The notes under the pieces are model-generated. The model saw only the letters and a program-made list of their open reading frames with translations. It ran no database searches and was not told the origin of the DNA. A program made the translations under genes and the position numbers. This document shows, one piece after another, positions 48,524-58,121 of a stretch of 64,000 nucleotides of DNA. The stretch spans positions 1,440,001 through 1,504,000 of the forward strand of contig CAVQEQ010000004.1 in assembly GCA_963711565.1 (NCBI GenBank), given 5' to 3'. Positions within the stretch are counted from its first letter, which is position 1, and each line of letters begins with the position of its first letter. Origin of the DNA: an uncultured delta proteobacterium (lineage in GTDB: Bacteria; Desulfobacterota; Binatia; Binatales; Binataceae).

Positions 48524-50314
48524 ATGCAAGAGTCGATGAAACAGTCCAATCAAGTTGCAGCCCGCATCAGGACGGCGCTCGCGCACCGCCGACTGCCGCT
48601 GGCAGTCGCCATCCTGTCGGCCGTCGCGATGTTGCCGGCGCTGACCGGCGGATGGCAGTTCGACGATTATTTTCACCGCGTCACCATGCTCGGTTACGGC
48701 GATTCAAAACCGATTCAGGTCTTCGTCCAATACAGCGACCGCGCGCACAACCTGAGCCAGATCGATTACGGCACGATGCCGTGGTGGGGGTCTATGGACC
48801 TGCATCAGACGTTTCTGCGCTATGCGAGCACGCTTACCATGATGCTCGATTACCGCCTCTGGCCAAACCATCCCAATCTGATGCACCTGCACAGTCTGCT
48901 GTGGCTGGCAGCGGCGGTCTTCGTGGCCGCGCTTCTGTATCGAGAAGTGCTCGGTGGCAACTGGGTGGCCGGACTGGCGGCTCTGATGTATGCGCTGGAC
49001 GGCGCGCATGCGGTCCCTGCCGCCTATCTGGCCAACCGCAACGCCTTGATTGCCTGCTGCTTCGGCTTCCTGAGCGTGCTGGCGTTCGTTCGCTGGCGAA
49101 AGTACGGGCACGGGCGAAGTCGGTGGCTCAGCGTATTGATGCTGGCGCTGTCGCTATCCGCCGGCGAAATGGGCCTGGCTACCGCCGCCTACCTGTTTTC
49201 CTACGCGCTGACCGTCGACCGCGACTCGATTCAAGCCGGGCTCATGCGGCTCCTGCCTCACGGCGGAGTCCTGGCGGCATGGGCATTGATCTACAAGCTT
49301 GGCAATTTCGGTTCGCAAGGCTCCGGCTTTTACCTGGACCCGCTTCACGATCCGCTTGGCTTCGCCGGTTCGTTCTGCCGGCGGGCTGCATTTCTGCTGA
49401 TGGGACAGTGGTCGCCACTCCCTGCGGAACTGAGCATGGCCAACGCGCCCGGCACCTCGGCGTTCCTGCATATCAGCATCTTTAGCTTCGCGATCGCTGC
49501 AATCGTCGCGGCTCTCTTTCTCCCTTTGATCCTGCGCGACCGGATAGCGCGGTTCTGGGGGCTCGGCGCGCTGCTTTCGTTGATTCCGATTGCCGCCGTT
49601 GGTCCCGAGAATCGCCTGTTGGGTTTCGTCGGCCTGGGTTCGATGGCGCTTCTCGCTCAACTGACGCAGTTCCTGTTTGCACCCTCTTCCGCCGCGTCGC
49701 TACCCCGCCTCTGGAGGGGACTTGCGTGGGCGGCAACTCTGCTCCTCCTGCTACTTCATTTGATCGCCGCTCCGTTTCTCGGGATCGCCCGAATCGATTA
49801 CCAGGCTACCGTCAGCTCCAGGATGGAGCGTGCGATGGCAAGTGTTCCGAGCGATGCGCGAATCGCATCGCAGGATCTGCTGCTGATTAACCCACCCGAC
49901 CACATCTACCTCGTCACCGCGATTTGGGCAGTGCACCGGCTGGAGAAGCTGCCGATGCCGCGCCACATGCGTGCGCTCTCCTCGGGAGGCGAACTGGAGG
50001 TCACGCGCGTCGGGCCTCGCTCGCTGCAAGTACGTTTTCCCGATGGATTTTTTCCGACGGCATTCAGTCGTTTCTTTAACAGTCAAAACGATCGTTTTTC
50101 GCCGGGGCAGCACCTCGAACTGCCGGGCCTGTCTATCACGGTCGAGGCGCTGGACGCGCGAGGCGACCCCGCGCAGGTGCTGTACGAGTTCCCGTTACCG
50201 CTCGAATATTCATCGTTGCGCTGGATGCGCTGGCAAGACGGCGTATATGTCCCCTGGAGCCCGCCTGCACTCGGCCAAACGGAGAAGCTGCCTGCAGTGC
50301 GCGGAATTTATTAG
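48524..50314 (+). CDS. Polytopic GT-C-like membrane protein (TMTC-like transmembrane domain)
   Basis: WQFDDY after TM1, MHLHSLLW, YALDGAHAVPAAYLANRN, SAGE; periplasmic C-terminus; divergent from tetR. Confidence 0.7.
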   Translation: MQESMKQSNQVAARIRTALAHRRLPLAVAILSAVAMLPALTGGWQFDDYFHRVTMLGYGDSKPIQVFVQYSDRAHNLSQIDYGTMPWWGSMDLHQTFLRYASTLTMMLDYRLWPNHPNLMHLHSLLWLAAAVFVAALLYREVLGGNWVAGLAALMYALDGAHAVPAAYLANRNALIACCFGFLSVLAFVRWRKYGHGRSRWLSVLMLALSLSAGEMGLATAAYLFSYALTVDRDSIQAGLMRLLPHGGVLAAWALIYKLGNFGSQGSGFYLDPLHDPLGFAGSFCRRAAFLLMGQWSPLPAELSMANAPGTSAFLHISIFSFAIAAIVAALFLPLILRDRIARFWGLGALLSLIPIAAVGPENRLLGFVGLGSMALLAQLTQFLFAPSSAASLPRLWRGLAWAATLLLLLLHLIAAPFLGIARIDYQATVSSRMERAMASVPSDARIASQDLLLINPPDHIYLVTAIWAVHRLEKLPMPRHMRALSSGGELEVTRVGPRSLQVRFPDGFFPTAFSRFFNSQNDRFSPGQHLELPGLSITVEALDARGDPAQVLYEFPLPLEYSSLRWMRWQDGVYVPWSPPALGQTEKLPAVRGIY

Positions 50315-50326
50315 CCAGCTCGCGCC

Positions 50327-50388
50327 TTCGACCCGTCGTTTTTCCGCGGGTTCGGGAATGATAACATCAGCGTCGCGCTTTGGTAGCG
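50327..50388 (+). repeat. Right direct repeat of the TetR/GT-C islet (mrp promoter region)
   Basis: TTCGACCCGTCGTTTTTCCG...AATGATAACAT...TTGGTAGCG, matching 47627-47688. Confidence 0.8.
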
Positions 50389-50395
50389 CAGCCGC

Positions 50396-51463
50396 ATGCC
50401 GACTCCAAATGAAATCCTCGCCGAACTCAAGAAAGTAAAATACCCTGGCTTCACCCGCGACATCGTGTCGTTCGGCATCATCAAGGATATCGAAGTCGCG
50501 TACGCGGGCGTGACCGTATCGCTCACGATGGCGTCGGCGAAACCCGAGGTCGTCGAGAAAATTGTCGCCGAGGTGAAAGCGGTGGTTGCGGCGATGCCCG
50601 GCGTGCCCGCCGTCAACGTCCAGATCGAGCAGCCCGCGCCGACTGCGCCGCGCGCCGCGGCCGGGATGGCACAGCCGAAGAATATTGCCGGCGTCAAGCA
50701 TATCGTCGCGGTTGCCAGCGGCAAGGGCGGCGTCGGCAAATCTACCGTCGCGGTGAATCTTGCGCTCGCGATGCATGCGCTCGGTTGGCGCGTCGGCCTG
50801 ATGGACGCCGATGTGTACGGCCCGAGCGTCGCGATGATGGTCGGCGTCGAGAAGGCGCCAACGCTGACGCCCGAGCGCCGAATCATCCCGCTCGAGCGCT
50901 ACGGCATCCGCTACATCTCGATGGCGCTATTCATCAACGACGAGACCGCCGTTATCTGGCGCGGGCCGATGGTCACCAAGCTCGAGACGGAATTTCTCTT
51001 CAACGTCGAGTGGGGCGAGCTCGATTGCCTGGTGCTCGACTTGCCGCCCGGCACCGGCGACGCGCAACTGACCATCACTCAGCGCGTCGCGCTCGACGGC
51101 GGCGTTATCGTGACGACGCCGCAGGAGATCGCGCTGCTCGACGTCAAGCGCGGCGTCGCGATGTTCGAGGAAGTTCACGTCCCCGTGCTCGGCGTCGTCG
51201 AGAACATGAGCTACTACCTTTGCCGCAAGTGTAACCATCGCCACGAAATCTTCGCGCACGGCGGCGGCGCGCGTCTGGCCGAATCGCTCCACGTGCCGTT
51301 CCTCGGCGAGCTGCCGCTGGTGCGCGAACTGCGCGAAGGCGGCGACAATGCAAGCCCGATCGTCGCGGCCAACCCGGCGCATCCGGTCAGTGCGGCGTTC
51401 AAGTCGATTGCGTCGAAAGTGATCGAAGGCCTCGATCGACCCGAAGCGCAGCACGCCTCATAG
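50396..51463 (+). CDS. mrp: Mrp/ApbC/NBP35 Fe-S carrier ATPase
   Basis: N-terminal DUF59-like domain, SGKGGVGKST, DADVYGPS, WRGPM, DLPPGTGD, ENMS..C..C. Confidence 0.95.
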   Translation: MPTPNEILAELKKVKYPGFTRDIVSFGIIKDIEVAYAGVTVSLTMASAKPEVVEKIVAEVKAVVAAMPGVPAVNVQIEQPAPTAPRAAAGMAQPKNIAGVKHIVAVASGKGGVGKSTVAVNLALAMHALGWRVGLMDADVYGPSVAMMVGVEKAPTLTPERRIIPLERYGIRYISMALFINDETAVIWRGPMVTKLETEFLFNVEWGELDCLVLDLPPGTGDAQLTITQRVALDGGVIVTTPQEIALLDVKRGVAMFEEVHVPVLGVVENMSYYLCRKCNHRHEIFAHGGGARLAESLHVPFLGELPLVRELREGGDNASPIVAANPAHPVSAAFKSIASKVIEGLDRPEAQHAS

Positions 51464-51466
51464 CGA

Positions 51467-52225
51467 ATGTCAGATCGCCCAAAGATTTCGCTGATCACGA
51501 TCACGCGCGACGAAGAAGCGCTGATCGGCGAGTGCCTCAAGAGCGCGTGGTTCTGCGACGAGAAAATAATCATCGACTCTTTCTCCACTGACAAGACGGT
51601 CGAGATTGCGCGCGGCCTCGGCGCCGACGTCGTCCAGCACGAGTTCACCAACTACGTGAAGCAGAAACAGATGGCGCTCGATCGCGCGACCAGCGACTGG
51701 GTCCTGTTGATGGATGCGGACGAGCAGGCGACGCACGACCTGGGCGAGGAAATTCTTCGCGCCGTGTCGTCATCTGTGGCAGACGGCTACCGCATTCGGC
51801 GCATCCTGTACCACCTCGGGCATTACTACTCGCACGCGATTTATCCCGACACTCCCGTGCGCCTGTTTCGGCGCGATCGCGGGCATATCGGCGGCCGCGA
51901 CCCGCATGACAAGGTCGTCGTCGACGGACGCGTCGAGCGTCTCGACAAGCCGATTCTGCATTTCAGCTACCGCGACATTTCCGATCACGTCGCGACGATC
52001 AACCGGTTCAGCTCGCGCGCCGCGATGGAGCAGGAGCCTAACGCGTTCACGCCCTTCAAGATGATCGCGAATCCGGCGTGGCGGTTTTTCAATTTCTACA
52101 TTATCCGCGGTGGCTTCCGCGACGGCGGCCGCGGCTTGTACGCCGCCATGACCGCCGCGTTCTACGTATTTCTCAAGTACGCCAAGCTCTACGAGCGCCG
52201 CCTGAAATCGCGCACCGGACTGTGA
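51467..52225 (+). CDS. GT2 glycosyltransferase (WaaE/KdtX-like)
   Basis: IDSFSTDKT, WVLLMDADE, RLF, ILHFSY, GFRDG..GL, KYAKL. Confidence 0.88.
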   Translation: MSDRPKISLITITRDEEALIGECLKSAWFCDEKIIIDSFSTDKTVEIARGLGADVVQHEFTNYVKQKQMALDRATSDWVLLMDADEQATHDLGEEILRAVSSSVADGYRIRRILYHLGHYYSHAIYPDTPVRLFRRDRGHIGGRDPHDKVVVDGRVERLDKPILHFSYRDISDHVATINRFSSRAAMEQEPNAFTPFKMIANPAWRFFNFYIIRGGFRDGGRGLYAAMTAAFYVFLKYAKLYERRLKSRTGL

Positions 52226-52241
52226 GCGCGGGCGGAGATCC

Positions 52242-52495
52242 TAACCTCTCCTTGTCCGAGGAGAGGTCGGCGAAAGCCGCGAAGCGGTGTCGCCGGGTGA
52301 GGTGCAACGCCCGACACCGCATTGATCCTAACTCGTCTAACCGCAATCGTTGGACACTCGGCCGCCGCCGGACAACAGCACGACTTTCAAACCTACTGCA
52401 ACGGGCAAACGCGCTCACTGCGACGGTCGGCGTTGCACCTCACCCGTCGCTCGCCTGCGGCTCGCGCGGACCTCTCCTCGGACAAGGAGAGGTTA
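52242..52495. mobile_element. REPIN/MITE-like non-autonomous element, copy 2
   Basis: 27-bp perfect TIR TAACCTCTCCTTGTCCGAGGAGAGGTC plus 18-bp inner IR CGGGTGAGGTGCAACGCC; spacer homologous to copy 1. Confidence 0.82.
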
Positions 52496-52590
52496 CTGGT
52501 AGCGTCGGCGAAAGTGCACCCCGCCACTTGAAACTTCGCTCGTCAACCACTTCTATCGCGCCACAGACCTGATAATTTAACCGTCAGCCC

Positions 52591-54342
52591 ATGAGACGAC
52601 TCTTTTTCTACGCGCGACGCTACTGGTTGCGTTACGTATTCGGCATCTCTTGCACGTTCGCGAACGCCACGCTCGCGGCGATCATTCCGCTCTTCATCCG
52701 CGATGCGATCAACGCCACCGGGAAGCATCGGCCCGACCTCGTCGCGCATTACGCTGTGTTGATGATCCTGTTCGCGGTGACGCTCGGCACCGTGCGCTGG
52801 TTTTCGCGCTTCACCATCTTCAATATCGGACGCGATATCGAGTACGACCTGCGCAACGATCTCTTCGAGCATCTCACCACGCTCGGCACCGACTTCTACA
52901 TGAAGATCAAGACCGGCGACTTGATGTCGCGCATGATCAACGACCTGACCGCGGTCCGAATGTTGGTCGGCATGTTCGTGCTGTCGGTCTCGAATACCCC
53001 GCTGATGTACTGCCTCGCACTCGGCTTCATGAGTTCGCTCAACCGGCGCCTGACGTTGTTCGCGGTCGTTCCCTACCTTGTATTGTTCGTCGCCATCCGC
53101 TGGCTGATGCGCAAGATGATGATGCGCAGCCTCAAAGTGCAGGAAGGCCTCGCCGCGATTGGCTCCAAAGTCCAGGAGAGCCTCGCCGGCATTCCGGTCG
53201 TGAAAGCGTACACCCTCGAGGAGCACGAGGCTGGGCTGTTTCGCAAAATCAACGACGCTTACAACGAGCAGGGTCTCGCACTGGCGCGCACCCGCGGTGC
53301 GATGATGCCGATGATTCGTTGCGCGGCGGCAAGCGCGACGATGATCGTGCTGATTTACGGCGGCTCGCTCGTGATCAACGGCAAGATGTCGCTCGGCTCG
53401 CTGGTGGCCTTTCTGAGCTACCTCGGCATGCTCGCGATGCCGACTATCCAGCTCGGCTGGATGCTGTCGATCTATCAGCGCGGCAAAGCCTCGATGAAGC
53501 GGCTCGATGAAATTTTCGGCGCGCGCGGGGCCGACAGCGTCGCGGGCGAAGACCTCAAGCTCGAGATCAATGGCGCCGTCGAATGGAAAGACGTCTCGTT
53601 CAGCTACCTCGCGCACAACGGCAACGGCGCCGATGGCAAGATTCCGTACGCGCTCAAGAACATCAACGTCAAAGTAGGCGCGGGCGAAAAGCTCGCGATC
53701 GTCGGCCGCACCGGCTCGGGAAAATCCACGATGGTCAAGCTGCTGGCTCGACTGCTGCAACCGACCGAGGGACGCATCCTGCTCGACGGCCGCGACGTCG
53801 AAGAAATGCCGCTGGCAGCGCTTCGACGCACGGTCGGAATGGTCCCGCAGGAGCCGACGCTCTTCACCGACACCCTCGCGCGCAACATCGCATTCGGCAA
53901 GACCGACGCGTCGCTCGATGTAATCCAGAATTCCGCGCGCATCGCCGGACTAGACCCCGACATCGCGATACTGCCGCATGGACTCGACACGATCGTCGGC
54001 GAGCGCGGGATGGCGCTGTCGGGCGGCCAGAAACAACGCGTCACGATTGCGCGGCTCCTCGCTTACAATCCCGCGATTGTCGTGCTCGACGACGCGCTCT
54101 CGAGCGTCGATACCGAAACCGAAAAGGCGGTGCTCGAAAGTCTCGAGCAGAGCGTCGAAGGCCGCACGACGATCGTAGTCTCGCATCGCGCGTCAACGGT
54201 CCGCGACTCGGATCAGATCGTCGTGCTCGAAGACGGCGAGATTGCCGAGCGCGGCACCCACGAGCAGCTGATGGCTCGTCGCGGGATTTACGCCGAACTG
54301 TTCCATCGCCAATTGCTCGAAGAGGAATTGAGCCGCTACTGA
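52591..54342 (+). CDS. Heterodimeric ABC exporter, subunit 1 (degenerate Walker B)
   Basis: 6 TM + NBD: GRTGSGKS, LSGGQKQR, VVLDDALS. Confidence 0.93.
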   Translation: MRRLFFYARRYWLRYVFGISCTFANATLAAIIPLFIRDAINATGKHRPDLVAHYAVLMILFAVTLGTVRWFSRFTIFNIGRDIEYDLRNDLFEHLTTLGTDFYMKIKTGDLMSRMINDLTAVRMLVGMFVLSVSNTPLMYCLALGFMSSLNRRLTLFAVVPYLVLFVAIRWLMRKMMMRSLKVQEGLAAIGSKVQESLAGIPVVKAYTLEEHEAGLFRKINDAYNEQGLALARTRGAMMPMIRCAAASATMIVLIYGGSLVINGKMSLGSLVAFLSYLGMLAMPTIQLGWMLSIYQRGKASMKRLDEIFGARGADSVAGEDLKLEINGAVEWKDVSFSYLAHNGNGADGKIPYALKNINVKVGAGEKLAIVGRTGSGKSTMVKLLARLLQPTEGRILLDGRDVEEMPLAALRRTVGMVPQEPTLFTDTLARNIAFGKTDASLDVIQNSARIAGLDPDIAILPHGLDTIVGERGMALSGGQKQRVTIARLLAYNPAIVVLDDALSSVDTETEKAVLESLEQSVEGRTTIVVSHRASTVRDSDQIVVLEDGEIAERGTHEQLMARRGIYAELFHRQLLEEELSRY

Positions 54343-54343
54343 A

Positions 54344-56185
54344 ATGCAGCTCGTCGAGGAAAAGCCTCTCACCAAAGTTTACGACGCCGGGCTCGTGCGT
54401 TGGGTGTGGCAGTTCATCCGTCCCTACCAGGGGCTGTTCTGGCTGGCGACGTTACTGATGCCGCTCGACACGGCCTTCCTGCTCGCACAGCCGTACGTCA
54501 TCAAGCTGACGGTCGACGAATTTCTCTCCGGCGCGCACGGAGCCCCTGTCCCCGCATGGCTCGCGATTCTGTTCCGTGCGTCGGGTGGACACGGGCTGTT
54601 CGTGATGGGCGCGCTGTACCTGCTGCTGGTCGTCTGCGAGTTCCTCGCGTTCTACGCCCAGTTTTACCTGATGATGATGGTCGCGCAGTTCAGCCTCTCC
54701 GACCTGCGGATGGCGCTGTTCCGCAAGGTCGAGCGCCTGCCGATGTCGTTCTTCGATCGCACCCCGGTCGGCCGGCTGGTCAGCCGAATGACGACCGACA
54801 TCGACTCGATCAACGACATGTTCTCGGCCGGTTCGCTGACGATCTTCATCGACGCGATGACGCTGCTGGGCATCGTGGCGATCATGTTCTCCCTCAGTCC
54901 GCGGCTGGCGCTGGCTGCCCTGTGCGCGATTCCGCCGTTGACGCTTGTAATTTATTTCCTGAGTTCCCGTTCGCGCATTGTTTACGGCCAGATCCGTGAT
55001 CGTCTCGCCGCCCTGAACTCGTACTTGTCGGAATCGCTGGCCGGCATGATGATCGTGCAGCTCTTCACCCGCGAGCGCGAAAGCCGTCGCGAGTTCGACG
55101 AGCTCAACCTGCGTTCGCGCGACGTGCAGATGATGGCCAACGTTTACGAGGCCGCGCAATTCTCGTCGGTCGAGGCACTCAGCTCGATTACGGTCGCGGT
55201 TATCTTGTGGATCGGCGGCGGCAGCGTGATTCGACACCTCGTAACGGTAGGCACGCTGATCGCGTTCATCCAGTACGCTCAGCAATTCTTCACGCCGCTG
55301 CGCGATATAGCGAGCAAGTACAGCGCGCTCCAGTCGGCTCTGGCGGCGATCGAGAAAATTCACGCGTTGATGGAAGGCGAGCAGACGCTGCCACTGCCCG
55401 CGCAGCCGAAGCAGCCGGCGGTCTCGCGCGGATCGATCGTGTTCGACCGCGTCAACTTCGAGTACCGTCGCGGCGAGCCGATTCTGAAGGACCTCAGCTT
55501 CAGCGTCGCGGCCGGGCAGAAAATTGCGATCGTCGGGGCAACCGGCTCGGGCAAAACTACGATCATCAAGCTGCTCAATCGTTCGTACGACGTGACCAGC
55601 GGACGAATCCTGGTTGACGGCATCGACGTGCGCGACTGGGACCTGCGCGCCCTCCGCCGCGAAATCGGCTACGTGCAACAGGACGTGTTCCTGTTCGCCG
55701 GCGACGTGCTGGAAAATATCAGGCTGTCGCGAACCGACCTCAACGAATCCCAAGTGCGCGATTCGCTGCGGCGCGCGCAGGCGCTGCGCTTCGTCGATCG
55801 ATTGCCGGGCGGAGTGGCCGAGGAGATTCGCGAGCGCGGCGCCAACCTCTCGGCCGGTCAGCGCCAGTTGCTGTCGTTCGCGCGAGCCCTCGCCTACAAC
55901 CCGCGAATCCTGGTGATGGATGAAGCGACCTCGAGCGTCGACAGCGAGACCGAGCGCCTGGTCCAGCTCGCGCTCAACGAGTTGCTGGCCGAGCGCACCG
56001 CCGTCGTAATCGCGCATCGGCTCTCGACCATCGAGCGCGCCGATCGAATCATGGTGCTCGGCGGCGGCGTCCTGCGCGAGAGTGGGACGCATGAAGAACT
56101 GCTCGCGCAGCGCGGACTCTACTACCGGCTGTTCGAATTGCAGTACGCCGCGATGGCTAACAGCGACCGCCTCGTGGCGGGCTGA
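54344..56185 (+). CDS. Heterodimeric ABC exporter, subunit 2
   Basis: GATGSGKT, LSAGQRQL, VMDEATSSVD, AHRLST; TmrAB/YheIH-like pair. Confidence 0.93.
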   Translation: MQLVEEKPLTKVYDAGLVRWVWQFIRPYQGLFWLATLLMPLDTAFLLAQPYVIKLTVDEFLSGAHGAPVPAWLAILFRASGGHGLFVMGALYLLLVVCEFLAFYAQFYLMMMVAQFSLSDLRMALFRKVERLPMSFFDRTPVGRLVSRMTTDIDSINDMFSAGSLTIFIDAMTLLGIVAIMFSLSPRLALAALCAIPPLTLVIYFLSSRSRIVYGQIRDRLAALNSYLSESLAGMMIVQLFTRERESRREFDELNLRSRDVQMMANVYEAAQFSSVEALSSITVAVILWIGGGSVIRHLVTVGTLIAFIQYAQQFFTPLRDIASKYSALQSALAAIEKIHALMEGEQTLPLPAQPKQPAVSRGSIVFDRVNFEYRRGEPILKDLSFSVAAGQKIAIVGATGSGKTTIIKLLNRSYDVTSGRILVDGIDVRDWDLRALRREIGYVQQDVFLFAGDVLENIRLSRTDLNESQVRDSLRRAQALRFVDRLPGGVAEEIRERGANLSAGQRQLLSFARALAYNPRILVMDEATSSVDSETERLVQLALNELLAERTAVVIAHRLSTIERADRIMVLGGGVLRESGTHEELLAQRGLYYRLFELQYAAMANSDRLVAG

Positions 56186-56196
56186 CGCCTGCCTTG

Positions 56197-57315
56197 ATGA
56201 AAGTGTCTGTGACGACGCGGCAGCCGGCGCGGGCACGATTTCAGCCGGCATACCTGCTGCGCCTCGCGGCGATAATCTTCGCGCCGATCCTGCTGAGCGG
56301 ATGCTACATCACGCACGCCGCTTACGAAGAAGGCCGAATTCTATGGCACCGCAAATCTATCGACGACGTGCTGGCGCGCAAGGATCTTCCGGCGGACGTT
56401 CGCGCCCAACTCGAGACTGTCCTCGCGGTGCGCAAGTTCGCCGACGAAAACCTCGGCGAGAATGTCGGCGGTGCGTATGAAACTATCGCGCCCGTCGATC
56501 AGAGTGCGGTCGTCCACGTCCTGATGGCGGCGCCGCGCGACTCGCTGGAGCCCTACACCTGGTGGTTTCCGATAGTTGGCAGCGTGCCGTATCGCGGCTA
56601 TTTCGACGAGAGCGATGCGATCGCGGAAGCCGCGGCGCTCGAAGCGGAGGGTCTCGACACGATGGTGCGGCCATCGATCGCGTTCTCGAGCCTCGGATTT
56701 TTCGACGACCCGCTCCTGACCAACCTGCTCAAGCTCGACCGCGTCGAGCTGGCCGGCGTGCTGATCCACGAGCTGTTCCATCGCACGTACTTCCTCGCCA
56801 GCGACGCGATGTTCGACGAGTCGGCGGCCAACTATGTCGGCAGCGCGGGCGCGGTCGCATTTTTTGCCGCGACTGACGGTGAGTCGGCGCCGTCCACGAT
56901 TGCGGCGCGCGGCATCCTCGACAGCGATCTCAAGTTCGCGCGCTTTCTGCTCAAGGAGCAGGCGCGTCTGCTCGACATCTATTACACGCCAAACCTCTCG
57001 AAGGATCAGCTCGACAAGCGGCGCGAAGCCGCCTTCGCGGCGATCAAGGCCGACTATGCCGCGCTGGCGCCTTCTCTATCGGGGCTCGACCGGTTCGACC
57101 TCGACAAGCAACCGCTGAACAACGCGGTGTTGATAAATTACCTGCTCTACTTTCACCAGCTCGACAACTTCGCCGCGCTACAGCGGATGAATCACGGCGA
57201 CTTGCGCGCGACCATCGCGCAGATAATTTCGATCGCCAAGGCGCATCCCGACGATCCTTTCTACGCGATCGCGCAGGTGGTACGCGCGGCGGCCCCGCCC
57301 CCTGCCGGACACTAG
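56197..57315 (+). CDS. Putative zinc aminopeptidase lipoprotein
   Basis: LSGC lipobox, WWFPIVGSVPYRGYF, SSLGFFDDP, HELFH...FDESAA, LNNA. Confidence 0.85.
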   Translation: MKVSVTTRQPARARFQPAYLLRLAAIIFAPILLSGCYITHAAYEEGRILWHRKSIDDVLARKDLPADVRAQLETVLAVRKFADENLGENVGGAYETIAPVDQSAVVHVLMAAPRDSLEPYTWWFPIVGSVPYRGYFDESDAIAEAAALEAEGLDTMVRPSIAFSSLGFFDDPLLTNLLKLDRVELAGVLIHELFHRTYFLASDAMFDESAANYVGSAGAVAFFAATDGESAPSTIAARGILDSDLKFARFLLKEQARLLDIYYTPNLSKDQLDKRREAAFAAIKADYAALAPSLSGLDRFDLDKQPLNNAVLINYLLYFHQLDNFAALQRMNHGDLRATIAQIISIAKAHPDDPFYAIAQVVRAAAPPPAGH

Positions 57316-57935
57316 GCCGCGAGCGCGGCGGCAATCACTCGCGACAGCTCCGCTTCGCGGCCGCCAAAGAAATGATCGGTGCCCGCGACGATCTCGAGTC
57401 GCGCCGAGTCTCCGATTTTCGCCTTGAGCGCTCGCAGCCCCGCGACCGGCGAGTACGAATCGCTGTCGCCCGACACCAGCAGCACCGGCTTCGATGCGCC
57501 ATCCGGAATTCGCGCATCGGCCATCGCAAGCGGAATCGCGACCGCGACGATTCGAGCAATCTCCGCGCGCTCGTATCCCGCGCTCACCGCCACCATCGCA
57601 CCGAACGAGTATCCCGCCATCACTGCTCCAGATTTGCGCACGCCCGGCTGCGCCAGCAGAAACGCCATTGCCGCGACCGCATCATCGACTTCGCCGGGAC
57701 CGCCGTCATACTCGCCGTCGCTGCCCCCGACGCCCCGAAAATTAAAGCGCAAGGTCGCGTATCCCAATTGCCACAAGGCCGCGAGGATCGCATCGACGAC
57801 ATTGTTGAACATCGACCCGCCGTACATCGGATGCGGATGGCATACGACGGCCGCGGGCGCGCCGCCGCCCGGATTGGCAATCAAGCCTTCCAGGTTCAAA
57901 TCGCCGGATCGAAACGTGACCTGAATCTCATCCAT
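57312..57935 (-). CDS. Alpha/beta hydrolase
   Basis: CHPHPMYGGSM, RFNFRGVG, GYSFG, GDSD, DHFF. Confidence 0.92.
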   Translation of the reverse strand: MDEIQVTFRSGDLNLEGLIANPGGGAPAAVVCHPHPMYGGSMFNNVVDAILAALWQLGYATLRFNFRGVGGSDGEYDGGPGEVDDAVAAMAFLLAQPGVRKSGAVMAGYSFGAMVAVSAGYERAEIARIVAVAIPLAMADARIPDGASKPVLLVSGDSDSYSPVAGLRALKAKIGDSARLEIVAGTDHFFGGREAELSRVIAAALAA

Positions 57936-58121
57936 ACGCCCGTCGCCTCAAAACCTAAACCGTCGCTTTATATTTCTCGAACCGCGGTTTCGCCGAACGC
58001 TGATATACCACATCAGTCGGCGACACGAATGGTTTTTCTTTCATTGCACTAGGTGAGCTATAATGACTATAAGAATCTTGGGGATCTCATATTCGAGATA
58101 CTGATTAGGGTCGGGGGAAAA

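Noticed and set aside
42345-52495. The two repeat elements as ends of a 10-kb composite transposon, or as a DGR template/variable pair
   Set aside because: Enclosed genes are ordinary chromosomal genes; no transposase or reverse transcriptase; differences are not confined to adenines.
54452-56251. 599-aa minus-strand ORF and similar long antisense ORFs (e.g. 52543-53760, 61450-62850, 43359-44684)
   Set aside because: Stop-poor antisense frames typical of high-GC coding DNA; the opposite strand holds recognisable genes.
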